DNA from: Clostridium facile
GTDB lineage: Bacteria; Bacillota; Clostridia; Oscillospirales; Ruminococcaceae
DNA length: 32,000 bases
Reading direction: 5' to 3'
NCBI RefSeq assembly: GCF_014297275.1
Contig: NZ_JACOQK010000001.1
Location: 1,453,584 to 1,485,583 of the forward strand
Made by a program: the position numbers and the translations under genes. Below, in pieces: positions 18,678 through 28,244 of the stretch (position 1 is its first letter; the number at the start of each line of letters is the position of its first letter). A model generated the notes under the pieces. The model was not told the DNA's origin. It ran no database searches and was given only the letters and a program-made list of their open reading frames with translations.

Positions 18678-19481
18678 CTATTTGCCGCATTCTCCACAAT
18701 CACTGCTGCAATCATCAATGCGGGGTGGGAAAAATTGATCCACTGGGAATTGAATTTTTTCAAAGATGTCGCAAGGACTATCTGATGTGGTGGTGCATTC
18801 CTTATCTGGAATACAAAAATCATAAACAGGGATCATCATTTGTACTTGGCGTTCCAACTGGATAATGGAAAACAAGCCAATTGTCACAGTAACCATCCTT
18901 TGTGGTAATACACATTCAAAGGAACCTTCAAATTGTTTGCATACACAGTTTGGAACGGAAATACAACAATCCAGGTTTGGTTCTGGGCAATCACACAAAT
19001 CACAGGAAAGCAACATAGGCTGTGCCACCTGCAAACGTGCCTTTGGAAGGTATTTTGGCGCAATATAATCCTGTTCATTCTGATCGTTAGTAAATACTTT
19101 TACACTGCCTTCGCTGCCATATAAGATTACTTTTTTGTTCGCTGTTGCCAAACCGCACACAGCTGTCGGCGGATTAACCGGAGATGTATAGGCATCTAAC
19201 TGAACCAAGAAAAAATATGTGATGTCCACCGAATAAAACCCTTTGTTAAACGGTACCGGCTCAACCGATAAATAGGCGCTGGCAACATCCACGTTTTTTG
19301 CTTTTACTGTGTAAGCAGTATCGATAATAGGCTGGGTAACATCAGTAAAATACACCCTTAAGTCAGCAAGACAATCCTTATCTCCACAGGAATCGTAAAT
19401 CCTTGCGGCATCGATACAAACGGCTTCTTTAAATTCGTCAGAATTTCCACAGCCAAATGTGCCAAATTGATTTTCTGCCAT
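18678..19481 (-). CDS. Cysteine-rich conserved-looking hypothetical protein
   Basis: ATG at 19481 with a GGAGGATTCTT RBS. The protein contains CDLCDCPEPNLDCCISVPNCVCKQFEGSFEC and ends DDCSSDCGECGK. Terminator just downstream. Confidence 0.75.
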   Translation of the reverse strand: MAENQFGTFGCGNSDEFKEAVCIDAARIYDSCGDKDCLADLRVYFTDVTQPIIDTAYTVKAKNVDVASAYLSVEPVPFNKGFYSVDITYFFLVQLDAYTSPVNPPTAVCGLATANKKVILYGSEGSVKVFTNDQNEQDYIAPKYLPKARLQVAQPMLLSCDLCDCPEPNLDCCISVPNCVCKQFEGSFECVLPQRMVTVTIGLFSIIQLERQVQMMIPVYDFCIPDKECTTTSDSPCDIFEKIQFPVDQFFPPRIDDCSSDCGECGK

Positions 19482-19583
19482 AAGAATCCTCCTATAATAA
19501 AATGATATTGAGGTATACCTCGGAAGCAATTGCTTACTATATCATATGTGAAGGATTCAAAATTGTGCTAAAATCCAGCTAAG

Positions 19584-19778
19584 TTATAGCCCTGCTCCAA
19601 AAATTTGATTGATATAATCGTGCATTTCCTGTTTGCTGTGAATACTGTGCGTATGGTCAATAATAGCGGCTTGTTCTGGCTTGGATAAATCCACAAATTT
19701 TTTCATTGCGTCTGTGTTTTGTGCCAATGCCATTCCCAAACCCATTGGTAAATCTTTTAAATTGATTTCTGATTTCAT
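19584..19778 (-). CDS. Small 64-aa hypothetical protein
   Basis: MKSEINLKDLPMGLGMALAQNTDAMKKFVDLSKPEQAAIIDHTHSIHSKQEMHDYINQIFGAGL. Good RBS (GAGGTGATTTGTTATG) and its own predicted promoter. Confidence 0.72.
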   Translation of the reverse strand: MKSEINLKDLPMGLGMALAQNTDAMKKFVDLSKPEQAAIIDHTHSIHSKQEMHDYINQIFGAGL

Positions 19779-19825
19779 AACAAATCACCTCAAAAATAGC
19801 ATACCACTTTACATTTGGTTTATGC

Positions 19826-19831
19826 TATAAT
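19826..19831 (+). promoter_or_regulatory. Extended -10 (TGCTATAAT) of the isochorismatase-like gene
   Basis: TGC-TATAAT about 40 nt upstream of the GTG start. No convincing -35. Confidence 0.4.
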
Positions 19832-19855
19832 ACAAGAAAAAGCTTTTCTTATCAA
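19827..19855 (-). promoter_or_regulatory. Predicted promoter for the 64-aa ORF
   Basis: Minus strand TTGATA (19850-19855), 17 nt spacer, TATTAT (19827-19832). Confidence 0.5.
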
Positions 19856-19871
19856 GAATGGAGGTATTGGA

Positions 19872-20399
19872 GTGAAAAAATTATTAATTGTGGTGGATTA
19901 TCAAAAGGATTTTGTCAACGGAAGCCTGGGCTTTCCAGAAGCTGAACAGTTGGAACAGCCTATTTATGAAAAAATAAAACAATACCATCAGGAAAACCAA
20001 GATGTCCTATTTACATTTGACACCCACCAGAAGAACTACCTGGATACAAAAGAGGGCAAATATCTCCCCATAGTCCATTGTATTCAACATACAGAAGGAT
20101 GGAAACTATTTGGAAAAGTAGCAGAAGAAAAACAGGAGAAAGACGCTGTTATTTTGAAACCTAGCTTTGGCTCCTTAGAGTTGATTTCCTTTTTACAGCG
20201 TGGAAACTATGAAGAAATTGAACTGGTTGGAATCGTCTCTAATATCTGTGTCATCTCCAACGCAATTTTGGCAAAAACAGCTTTACCAGAAGCAGAAGTA
20301 ATTGTGGATGCGCACTGTGTTGCCAGCAATGATAGCCAATTAAATCAAGCTGCTTTACAGGTGATGCAAGGGCTACAAATACAGGTAAAAAATTTATAA
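19872..20399 (+). CDS. Isochorismatase-family cysteine hydrolase (nicotinamidase-like)
   Basis: LLIVVDYQKDFVNGSLGFPEAEQLEQPI, HCIQHTEGWKLF, VGIVSNICVISNAI. GTG start at 19872 with a GGAGG RBS. Confidence 0.88.
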   Translation: MKKLLIVVDYQKDFVNGSLGFPEAEQLEQPIYEKIKQYHQENQDVLFTFDTHQKNYLDTKEGKYLPIVHCIQHTEGWKLFGKVAEEKQEKDAVILKPSFGSLELISFLQRGNYEEIELVGIVSNICVISNAILAKTALPEAEVIVDAHCVASNDSQLNQAALQVMQGLQIQVKNL

Positions 20400-20452
20400 A
20401 CCGATCAAAACTCCATCCAGCAAAAAATTACTTGAAATCCATCTATATCGAA

Positions 20453-20490
20453 AAAAGCCTATTATTGCAAATAACAATAATAGGCTTTTA
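20453..20490 (+). terminator. Bidirectional terminator between convergent genes
   Basis: AAAAGCCTATTATTG-caaataa-type loop-CAATAATAGGCTTTTA. Confidence 0.88.
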
Positions 20491-20492
20491 TT

Positions 20493-22775
20493 CTATTGCT
20501 GATTTATTTGGAATAGTAATTCCCCATCCTGTTCGGAAAGTTCAATTGATGTTAACACTTCATCTGTGTTGGTAATCATAATATTCGCGATTCCATCTTC
20601 TACTTTTTTACGGATAGTTTTCCGTAATTCACGAGCGCCAAAACGAGCTCCATCCGACTGTTTGGTCAAGTAAACAACCGCTTTTTGGTCATAATGGAAT
20701 TTGATGTATTTTTCTGCCAATACTTCTTTCAATTCGTCCAACATTAAGCAGGCAATTTTTTCCATATTCTCCTGGGTTAGGTGGTGGAATACCACAATTT
20801 CATCCACACGGCTCATAAACTCAGGACGCAAGAATTCAGACAAAGCTCGGATTGCTTTTTCCTGATCCACCTGGTCTTCCGTTTTATTAAAGCCTGCCAC
20901 ACCAGTTTTGGTGCTAGAACCAGCATTGGAAGTCATTACAATGACTGTGTTTTCAAAGTTTACAGTCCTACCATGGGAATCTGTTACCTTTCCTTCATCC
21001 AGAATCTGCAACAGGATATTCATCACATCTGGATGAGCTTTTTCAATCTCGTCAAATAAAATGACAGAATAAGGGCGACGGCGTACTTTTTCGGTCAACT
21101 GGCCAGCATCGTCATACCCCACATATCCTGGAGGGGAACCAACCAACCGGGAAACAGCGTGTTTCTCCATGTATTCGGACATATCCAAACGGATCAATGG
21201 ATCAACCCCGTCAAATAAAGTAGATGCCAACACCTTTACCAGCTCTGTTTTTCCCACACCAGTTGGACCAACAAAAATAAACGATGCTGGACGGCGGCGC
21301 TTACTCAATTGGGCACGATTCCGTTTGATTGCTTCCGCTACCAGTTTTACTGCATGGTCCTGCCCGATCACTTTGGATTTCAGTTCATCTTCCAATGTGG
21401 TCAAACGTTTAATATCATTCTGCTGAATTTTATTTGCTGGAACACCTGTCCATAATTCTACCACCCTTGCCACATCTTCCATGGTAACACGGATGTTCAT
21501 TACCTTTGGCTCCAACTCTTTTAAATGTTCTTTTACTTTACTGATTTCGGATTTTACGTTGGCAATCCGTTCATAATCAGGGTTTTCTGTTTCAGATGAT
21601 AAATCTTCCTCTTCCTGGTACAGCTCTTTTAACTGTTTGTTCAAACGGTCATATTCCGTCAACTCTTTACAGCGTAATGAGCGGCATGCACAGGATTCAT
21701 CCAACAAGTCAATCGCTTTATCTGGCAGAAAACGGTCTGTAATATATCGTTCGGAAAGTTCCACCGCACTGCGGACAATTTCAGGGGATACCAGTACCCT
21801 ATGATGTAATTCATAGTATTTTTTAATCCCCATTAAGATGTCAACAGTTTCGGAAATCGTAGGTTCATCCACTGTAACTGGTTGGAAACGGCGTTCCAAC
21901 GCGGAATCATTTTCAATGTGTTTCCGGTATTCATTAAAGGTAGTGGCACCAATCACCTGGATTTCCCCACGGGATAATGCTGGCTTCAAAATATTGGCGG
22001 CACTCATGGAACCTTCAGAATCCCCCGTTCCCACTAAAGTATGCACTTCATCAATAAACAAAATAACATTGCCAGCTTTTTTTACTTCGCTGATCAATCC
22101 TTTGACACGGCTTTCAAACTGGCCACGGAATTGTGTACCAGCCACTAACGCTGTCATATCCAGCAAATAAACCTCTTTGTCAGCCAAACGGAAAGGAACT
22201 TCTTTGGCTTCGATTTTCTGGGCAATCCCCTCCGCAATTGCTGTTTTACCAACACCAGGTTCCCCAATCAAGCAAGGATTGTTTTTGGTACGGCGGGATA
22301 AAATCTGAGTTACACGATAGATTTCCCGATCCCTTCCAATAATATTATCCAGTTCCCCATTGCGGGCACGTAAATTTAAATTAGTGCAATAAGTAGTTAA
22401 ATATTTATATTTTTCTTTCTTTTTCTTTTTGGATTTTTTATCCTTATCGGAACCATCTTCTTCCGTGTCCTCATCCTGTTCAGCAGGTACTGCCATTTCA
22501 TTTCCATTGACATTGCCAAACATTCCACTGACAAATGGATTCATGACATCCGCTCCACCTGGCTCAAAGTCTTCCTCCATCATGGTCATTAACTGATTGC
22601 TCATGTTTTCAATATCATCATCTGTAATTCCCATTTTTTCAGTCATCTCTTTAATTTGAGGGATGTTTAGCTCTTTCGCACATTTTAAACATAACCCTTC
22701 ATTAATTGTCTGACCGTTTTCCTGACGGGATACATAAACAACAGCCATTCTTTTTTTGCATCTGCTACAAATCAT
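20493..22775 (-). CDS. clpE: ClpE-type ATP-dependent Clp protease ATP-binding subunit
   Basis: N-terminal zinc finger (CSRCKKRM...CLKCAKEL) in place of Clp-N repeats. Two AAA+ modules ([25 protein letters not shown]), middle coiled region, [35 protein letters not shown]. Confidence 0.9.
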   Translation of the reverse strand: MICSRCKKRMAVVYVSRQENGQTINEGLCLKCAKELNIPQIKEMTEKMGITDDDIENMSNQLMTMMEEDFEPGGADVMNPFVSGMFGNVNGNEMAVPAEQDEDTEEDGSDKDKKSKKKKKEKYKYLTTYCTNLNLRARNGELDNIIGRDREIYRVTQILSRRTKNNPCLIGEPGVGKTAIAEGIAQKIEAKEVPFRLADKEVYLLDMTALVAGTQFRGQFESRVKGLISEVKKAGNVILFIDEVHTLVGTGDSEGSMSAANILKPALSRGEIQVIGATTFNEYRKHIENDSALERRFQPVTVDEPTISETVDILMGIKKYYELHHRVLVSPEIVRSAVELSERYITDRFLPDKAIDLLDESCACRSLRCKELTEYDRLNKQLKELYQEEEDLSSETENPDYERIANVKSEISKVKEHLKELEPKVMNIRVTMEDVARVVELWTGVPANKIQQNDIKRLTTLEDELKSKVIGQDHAVKLVAEAIKRNRAQLSKRRRPASFIFVGPTGVGKTELVKVLASTLFDGVDPLIRLDMSEYMEKHAVSRLVGSPPGYVGYDDAGQLTEKVRRRPYSVILFDEIEKAHPDVMNILLQILDEGKVTDSHGRTVNFENTVIVMTSNAGSSTKTGVAGFNKTEDQVDQEKAIRALSEFLRPEFMSRVDEIVVFHHLTQENMEKIACLMLDELKEVLAEKYIKFHYDQKAVVYLTKQSDGARFGARELRKTIRKKVEDGIANIMITNTDEVLTSIELSEQDGELLFQINQQ

Positions 22776-22844
22776 GTTGATCTCCTTTTATCGTAAAGTG
22801 TGAACCACACAAAATACAACCCCTCTTTTGGGATAACAAATACC

Positions 22845-22873
22845 ATTATGCACTGGATAAAACAGAAATTCAA
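22845..22873 (-). promoter_or_regulatory. Predicted promoter for clpE
   Basis: Minus strand TTGAAT (22868-22873), 17 nt spacer, CATAAT (22845-22850). Confidence 0.5.
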
Positions 22874-22927
22874 GTAATATATTATGAATAAATACCGAGT
22901 TTATGAACTTACTGCAATAAAAATAGA

Positions 22928-23629
22928 TTAAAAGAAGTGTAATGGGTTAAAACGGTAAAACATAGCAAATAAATAGGTAGACTCTATTTGCTGGGTATTC
23001 AGCCAGCCTAAACTGTCGTGGGTAAAGAGAATAATAATCTCACAAACCATTGCCAACAACAATAAGTAAACACCTGCCTGAAATACGCCAACACAGCCGC
23101 CCAACAAACCATTCACCGTGCCAATGACCGGTATATAGTTGATAGTCACCGCTATTTTTAAAATAATATGAACTAACAGCCTACAAACAGCAAACAAAAT
23201 GACAAATAAAATACACTCTAATAAAAAAATGGTAGCAGGGCCCAAAAACTGGTCTACCAGATCTTGTGCTATCGAAGAGGCACTATCCCCCAAATGGGAT
23301 GCCATATAGTCCGAAGCTGTTTGCCCCTGAAACAGGATTCCATTTAAAAAGCCGGGTATTTTATCTGAAATTTGGTTGACGGCAGCTTGTAATTCCTCTA
23401 CACTGCCTGCACTAGCCAGTTGTTCTCCAACCTTCTCAATCATTCCAGATCGAAGCCAACGTTCAAATACCATGGGGGCAAATAGCTTTCCCAACCAGGT
23501 AGCTGCCAAAAGGGAAATGATATATCCACCTAACGAAACAATAGAAGCCACTAGCCCTTTCCGGTATCCAACCCAAACACATAAACAAAGTAGCCCTATT
23601 ACAAAGCAATCCAAAATAATACTGGTCAT
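22928..23629 (-). CDS. CvpA family membrane protein
   Basis: Multi-TM protein with IPVIGTVNGLLGGCVGVFQAGVYLLLL. AGGAGG RBS. Confidence 0.82.
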   Translation of the reverse strand: MTSIILDCFVIGLLCLCVWVGYRKGLVASIVSLGGYIISLLAATWLGKLFAPMVFERWLRSGMIEKVGEQLASAGSVEELQAAVNQISDKIPGFLNGILFQGQTASDYMASHLGDSASSIAQDLVDQFLGPATIFLLECILFVILFAVCRLLVHIILKIAVTINYIPVIGTVNGLLGGCVGVFQAGVYLLLLAMVCEIIILFTHDSLGWLNTQQIESTYLFAMFYRFNPLHFF

Positions 23630-23642
23630 ATTTGGCCTCCTA

Positions 23643-24779
23643 TTACAACGAACTGCATTCTAACTTGGAGGTACTCACTCCATATACAGTATTGTTTTTT
23701 CCGATAATGCGGCTAACCACAGCCTGGTCTTCAATAGAACCCTTTAACTCTAATTTCATGTTGTATTTTTGTACCTGTTGGTTGGTCAATAAATAAACAT
23801 AGTTTCCATCTGTGTCCAAATCTCGGATTTGATCGTTGATTGTCGTCTCCGCTACCGTCCCTCCATTGGAATCCAATACTGTTAATTTTTGGTTATCTTT
23901 TACTTCTTCCCCCTGCAGCACAACAGTATAGCCCGATGTATTTACATAATATTTTAAATCTTTTGAAAAATCGTAACTAGAAATCTGGCTTCCATTACCA
24001 TCCAATGTGACGACCGCAGTATCCGTCACCATCTGTATTTTCCCACTGGATTTGACAACAACGGATACGGCCATTCCCTGTTCCATCGTCTGCTTAAAAA
24101 TTTCCTGCTCTTTATCAAAGTCCAATTTAATCAGCTCTGACTGCATAATACCGGACTTTGTGTTTACCGCTGTAAGGACACAGCCTTTCCCTGAGCCAGT
24201 AAAATCAAGGGAGGTTACCAGTGCTTCTGCCGAATACCATTTATATACTTCCTGACCAGTGGAATCATAAACCGTTAGCCGACACTGATAACGGTCATCC
24301 TGGGTTATAATCGCTATATTGCCATTGTCCGCAATTTCTCCAAACAGAATTTTTTGCTCTGTCGATAAATCAAAAATAGTCCCTGATTTATTCGCCACCA
24401 TAAATTTTGTTCCACTAATATCATAAATCAGGATCCGTTTAGAAGAAGATTTAATACTTGGATTAAAATAACCATGCTGAACGGTTTGCAATGTTCTTCC
24501 TTTGGCACTGTATAACATGTATTCTTTATCTGTTAGCAGCGCAACATTACTGCCACACATGGTAAAGCCTTTTATAGCATCCCCTTTTAATGAGACAGGA
24601 AAACTGGTGTTTTTCTGCTCTGCCACCCCTTGATCTACAATGGAATTTTGATAAGAACGATATATCATCCATCCGCCAAGAACAATAAAAATAATAAATA
24701 AAAAAAACAGCACACGTCTTAGCAGAACCTTTTTGCGCCTTTTTTTTCGATAATCTTCTATGTTCTTAACACGTGCCAT
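23643..24779 (-). CDS. Single-pass membrane protein with beta-propeller-like ectodomain (DUF5711-like)
   Basis: MARVKNIEDYRKKRRKKVLLRRVLFFLFIIFIVLGG membrane anchor, then repeated SxxG/ILIYDxxG-type beta-blade patterns. AAGGAG RBS. Confidence 0.65.
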   Translation of the reverse strand: MARVKNIEDYRKKRRKKVLLRRVLFFLFIIFIVLGGWMIYRSYQNSIVDQGVAEQKNTSFPVSLKGDAIKGFTMCGSNVALLTDKEYMLYSAKGRTLQTVQHGYFNPSIKSSSKRILIYDISGTKFMVANKSGTIFDLSTEQKILFGEIADNGNIAIITQDDRYQCRLTVYDSTGQEVYKWYSAEALVTSLDFTGSGKGCVLTAVNTKSGIMQSELIKLDFDKEQEIFKQTMEQGMAVSVVVKSSGKIQMVTDTAVVTLDGNGSQISSYDFSKDLKYYVNTSGYTVVLQGEEVKDNQKLTVLDSNGGTVAETTINDQIRDLDTDGNYVYLLTNQQVQKYNMKLELKGSIEDQAVVSRIIGKNNTVYGVSTSKLECSSL

Positions 24780-24980
24780 TTTGTTCTCCTTGTACTAAAA
24801 TTTTGCTAACCATTTTATATGGTATCAGCAAGGGCACTACATCCTCATAAATGGTATTTTGTTTTTACTCATTTTCGATTTATGATTCATACTGTCCCTA
24901 CAGTTTGTATGATTAATTTTATTTTATTGGATATACATTGCGCTTCCATGAATATAGTCTTAATATCTTGGTTCATATCG

Positions 24981-25715
24981 TTAATAAAAAATCCGGTTTA
25001 AATACAACCCTCGGGCTGGCGCTGTCTTTCCAGCTAAGCTTCTATCCTTCTTTTGGATGATTTCTGGAATCTGCTCTGGTTGGATTTTTCCTTCGGATAC
25101 AAATAACAGTGTTCCTACCATAATCCGCACCATATTATATAAAAACCCATCTCCTCGAAAAACCAGCTTGATCAAATTTCCTTCTTGCTCTACTCTGGCA
25201 TCGAAAATCGTCCTAGTTTTATCTTCCACATCGGTATGCAAAGCACAAAAAGCAGAAAAATCATGGGTTCCTAGCAAATATTGCATTGCTTGCTGAATAC
25301 GCTCTATCCGAAGTGGATAGCGGTAATGGTATACCATATCCTGCAAAAAAGGGTTGCCATATTCCGCGTTCCAAATTTGATAAACATATTCTTTTCCTGT
25401 ACAGCTGTACCGGGCATGAAAATCCAATGGGGCTTCTGAACACCCCAACACCACAATATCATCTGGCAGAGATGTGTTCATTGCCCGCTGTATATTGTTA
25501 CAAGGAATTTTAGACTCGGTTTTCATATGGAAAAAATATTGGTTGGCATGTACTCCAGTGTCTGTCCGGGAACATCCGGAAATATCCAGGCGTTTCTGAA
25601 AAAGCCTTTCAATACTATCCTGTACTACCTGCTGGACAGTAATTGCATTCTGCTGTACCTGCCATCCATGATAGCGACTTCCATTATAAGAAATTTCAAA
25701 TAAAAGGTTTCTCAT
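24981..25715 (-). CDS. truA: tRNA pseudouridine(38-40) synthase TruA
   Basis: LFEISYNGSRYHGWQVQQNAITVQQV, CSRTDTGVHANQ, GDGFLYNMVRIMVGTLL. Confidence 0.95.
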   Translation of the reverse strand: MRNLLFEISYNGSRYHGWQVQQNAITVQQVVQDSIERLFQKRLDISGCSRTDTGVHANQYFFHMKTESKIPCNNIQRAMNTSLPDDIVVLGCSEAPLDFHARYSCTGKEYVYQIWNAEYGNPFLQDMVYHYRYPLRIERIQQAMQYLLGTHDFSAFCALHTDVEDKTRTIFDARVEQEGNLIKLVFRGDGFLYNMVRIMVGTLLFVSEGKIQPEQIPEIIQKKDRSLAGKTAPARGLYLNRIFY

Positions 25716-25724
25716 AGTGATCCT

Positions 25725-26537
25725 TTAAAAAAATGATGGTACAAATAAATTTAAACAAATAATAACGGCAATTAATAGCACCATAATAATGTAACATCCG
25801 AAATCCACTTTAGAGTATTTCAACTGTTTTAATCTGGTCCTGCCTTCCCCACCATGATAGCAGCGGGCTTCCATTGCCATAGCCAGTTCCTCTGCACGTC
25901 GGAAAGCGGAAATAAATAACGGAATCAAAATTGGAATCAACGCTTTTGCTCTTTGCAGCAGATTTCCACTTTCCATATCCGCCCCCCTTGCCTTTTGGGC
26001 ACACATGATTTTATCCGTTTCCTCAATCAAAGTAGGGATAAACCGCAAAGCGATTGTCATCATCATCGCCAGTTCATGAACTGGAAAATGGAGTTTTTTC
26101 AATGGCCGGAGTAGATGTTCAATCCCATCGGTCAATGAAATCGGTAATGTGGTATACGTCAATATGGATGACCCCGCAATCAGACATAAAATCCGGATTG
26201 CCATAGTAATTGCGGTTTTAATTCCTTTCCCACTAATGGAAAAAATCCAAAATTTCACCAACGGATCGCCCGAAACAAAAAACATGTTTAAAATAGCCGT
26301 AAAAATCAAAATTGGAATAATTGGTTTTAAACTTTTTAAAATCATTTTTACTGGAATACGTGCAATTCCATACAAAAATAGTGTAAACCCAATAGTTAAA
26401 ATATATCCAATTGGATTATCAATCAAAAACAGCAACACGATATAAACAAATGTTAAGATAATTTTTGTCCTGGGGTCGGCACGATGTACAACCGAATTCC
26501 CTGGAAAGTATTGTCCTATGGTAATATCTTTCAGCAT
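25725..26537 (-). CDS. ecfT: Energy-coupling factor transporter transmembrane protein EcfT
   Basis: HRADPRTKIILT, MMMTIALRFIPTLIEETDKIMCAQKARGAD, EELAMAMEARCYHGGEGRT. Confidence 0.95.
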   Translation of the reverse strand: MLKDITIGQYFPGNSVVHRADPRTKIILTFVYIVLLFLIDNPIGYILTIGFTLFLYGIARIPVKMILKSLKPIIPILIFTAILNMFFVSGDPLVKFWIFSISGKGIKTAITMAIRILCLIAGSSILTYTTLPISLTDGIEHLLRPLKKLHFPVHELAMMMTIALRFIPTLIEETDKIMCAQKARGADMESGNLLQRAKALIPILIPLFISAFRRAEELAMAMEARCYHGGEGRTRLKQLKYSKVDFGCYIIMVLLIAVIICLNLFVPSFF

Positions 26538-27397
26538 AATTCGGTTCCTTTCTTCAACGCTCTCAACAATTCTTCCTTTGCCTGTTCTACTGTATAAATA
26601 TTGGTGTTGACGTCAAACCCTTTTTGGCGCAACTGGTAAAACACCTCAGACAACTGTGGTACAGAAAGCCCCATTTCTTTGAGCTGTTCTATTTTAGAGA
26701 AAACTTCATCCACAGTATCATAGGCAAATAATCTGGAATTGTTCATAACTAAGACTTTAGAAGCGTATTGCGCCACATCTTCCATGCTGTGGGAAACCAA
26801 CAGGATCGTATTCTGTTCCTGGCGATGGTATTCCTGAATCTGCCCCAAAATCTTCTTCCGTCCTTTTGGATCAAGCCCCGCTGTAGGCTCGTCCAAAATC
26901 AACACCTTTGGACGCATGGCAATTACCCCAGCAATGGCTACACGGCGTTTCTGTCCACCGGATAGTTCAAATGGGCTTTTTTCCATATAGCTTTTAGGCA
27001 GCCCGACGAACTTAGCGGCTTCTTGTACCCGTTGGTCAATTTCTTCTTCCGATAACCCCATATTTTTTGGACCAAACGCAATATCTTTTGCCACTGTTTC
27101 TTCGAATAACTGATATTCTGGATATTGGAACACCAGACCAACCTTAAAGCGGACTTGGCGCAGCTTGGATTTATCTGCCCAGATGTCCTCCCCATCCACA
27201 TATACTTTTCCGGAAGATGGGGCGAGCAAACCATTTAGATGCTGAATCAAGGTGGATTTACCAGAACCAGTATGGCCAATTACTCCGACAAACTCCCCTT
27301 GCTCAATCTCTAAATTAACATCGTCCACCGCGACTTTTTGCTGTGGTGTTCCTGTATTGTAGGTATACACAAGATGTTCTGTTTTAATAATTGCCAC
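26531..27397 (-). CDS. ecfA2: Energy-coupling factor transporter ATPase EcfA2
   Basis: GHTGSGKSTLIQHLNGLL, ELSGGQKRRVAIAGVIAMRPKVLILDEPTAGLDPKGRK. GTG start at 27397 after GGAGGG. Confidence 0.93.
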   Translation of the reverse strand: MAIIKTEHLVYTYNTGTPQQKVAVDDVNLEIEQGEFVGVIGHTGSGKSTLIQHLNGLLAPSSGKVYVDGEDIWADKSKLRQVRFKVGLVFQYPEYQLFEETVAKDIAFGPKNMGLSEEEIDQRVQEAAKFVGLPKSYMEKSPFELSGGQKRRVAIAGVIAMRPKVLILDEPTAGLDPKGRKKILGQIQEYHRQEQNTILLVSHSMEDVAQYASKVLVMNNSRLFAYDTVDEVFSKIEQLKEMGLSVPQLSEVFYQLRQKGFDVNTNIYTVEQAKEELLRALKKGTELC

Positions 27398-27401
27398 CGT
27401 C

Positions 27402-28244
27402 TTAACCCTCCAATAACTTTGATAAGATTGCCACACATTGCTGCTCTGTCAATACATCTTCCGGTACATCAAAGCCATCTTTGCGCAGCTCATACATGAG
27501 TTCAGTTACTTGAGGGACATCCAACCCCACCTGTTTTAATTGTTCTACATGGCGGAATACCTCGTTTGGCGTTCCATCCAATAAAATCTCTCCATTGTCT
27601 ACCACAACCACACGGTTCGCTAAAACCGCTTCTTCCATGTAATGGGTAATATGGACAATGGTTGTCCCCAATTCACGGTTTAACTTTTGGATTGTTTCCA
27701 GCACTTCTCGCCGCCCTCTTGGGTCCAACATAGCAGTAGCTTCATCCAATACAATACAATCCGGCTGCATAGCGATAATCCCGGCTATCGCAACACGCTG
27801 TTTCTGTCCGCCGGACAACTGATGTGGGGCACGGTTGCGGTATTCGTACATTCCCACCGCCTTGAGGGAATAATCTACCCTACTTCTGATTTCTTCCGGT
27901 GGTACTCCTAAATTCTCAGGGGCAAACGCCACATCTTCTTCCACTAAGGTGGCTACAATCTGGTTATCTGGATTTTGAAATACCATGCCAACCCGCTGAC
28001 GCACGTCAAACACCAATTCTTCCTGAGAAGTATCAATTCCCTCCACATATACTGTACCGCTGGTAGGGATCAATATGGAATTAAAGTGTTTGGCAAGGGT
28101 GGATTTTCCAGAACCATTGTGCCCTAAAACAGCTATAAATTCCCCTTTACGGATTGAAAGGTTCATCTGTTTTAGCACCTGGGTATTTTGTTCTTCCCCT
28201 TGGTATTCAAAACACAAATCTTTTGTTTGAATCATTTCATTCAT
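27402..28244 (-). CDS. ecfA1: Energy-coupling factor transporter ATPase EcfA1
   Basis: GHNGSGKSTLAKHFNSILIPTSG, QLSGGQKQRVAIAGIIAMQPDCIVLDEATAMLDPRGR. Confidence 0.93.
   Translation of the reverse strand: MNEMIQTKDLCFEYQGEEQNTQVLKQMNLSIRKGEFIAVLGHNGSGKSTLAKHFNSILIPTSGTVYVEGIDTSQEELVFDVRQRVGMVFQNPDNQIVATLVEEDVAFAPENLGVPPEEIRSRVDYSLKAVGMYEYRNRAPHQLSGGQKQRVAIAGIIAMQPDCIVLDEATAMLDPRGRREVLETIQKLNRELGTTIVHITHYMEEAVLANRVVVVDNGEILLDGTPNEVFRHVEQLKQVGLDVPQVTELMYELRKDGFDVPEDVLTEQQCVAILSKLLEG

Noticed and set aside
18428-18823. 131-aa minus-strand ORF spanning the thyX promoter region
   Set aside because: Overlaps thyX, a strong terminator and the 3' end of the Cys-rich gene; no RBS.
22776-22927. Possible heat-shock operator (CtsR or CIRCE) upstream of clpE
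   Set aside because: Neither the GGTCAAA-type direct repeat nor TTAGCACTC-N9-GAGTGCTAA is present.
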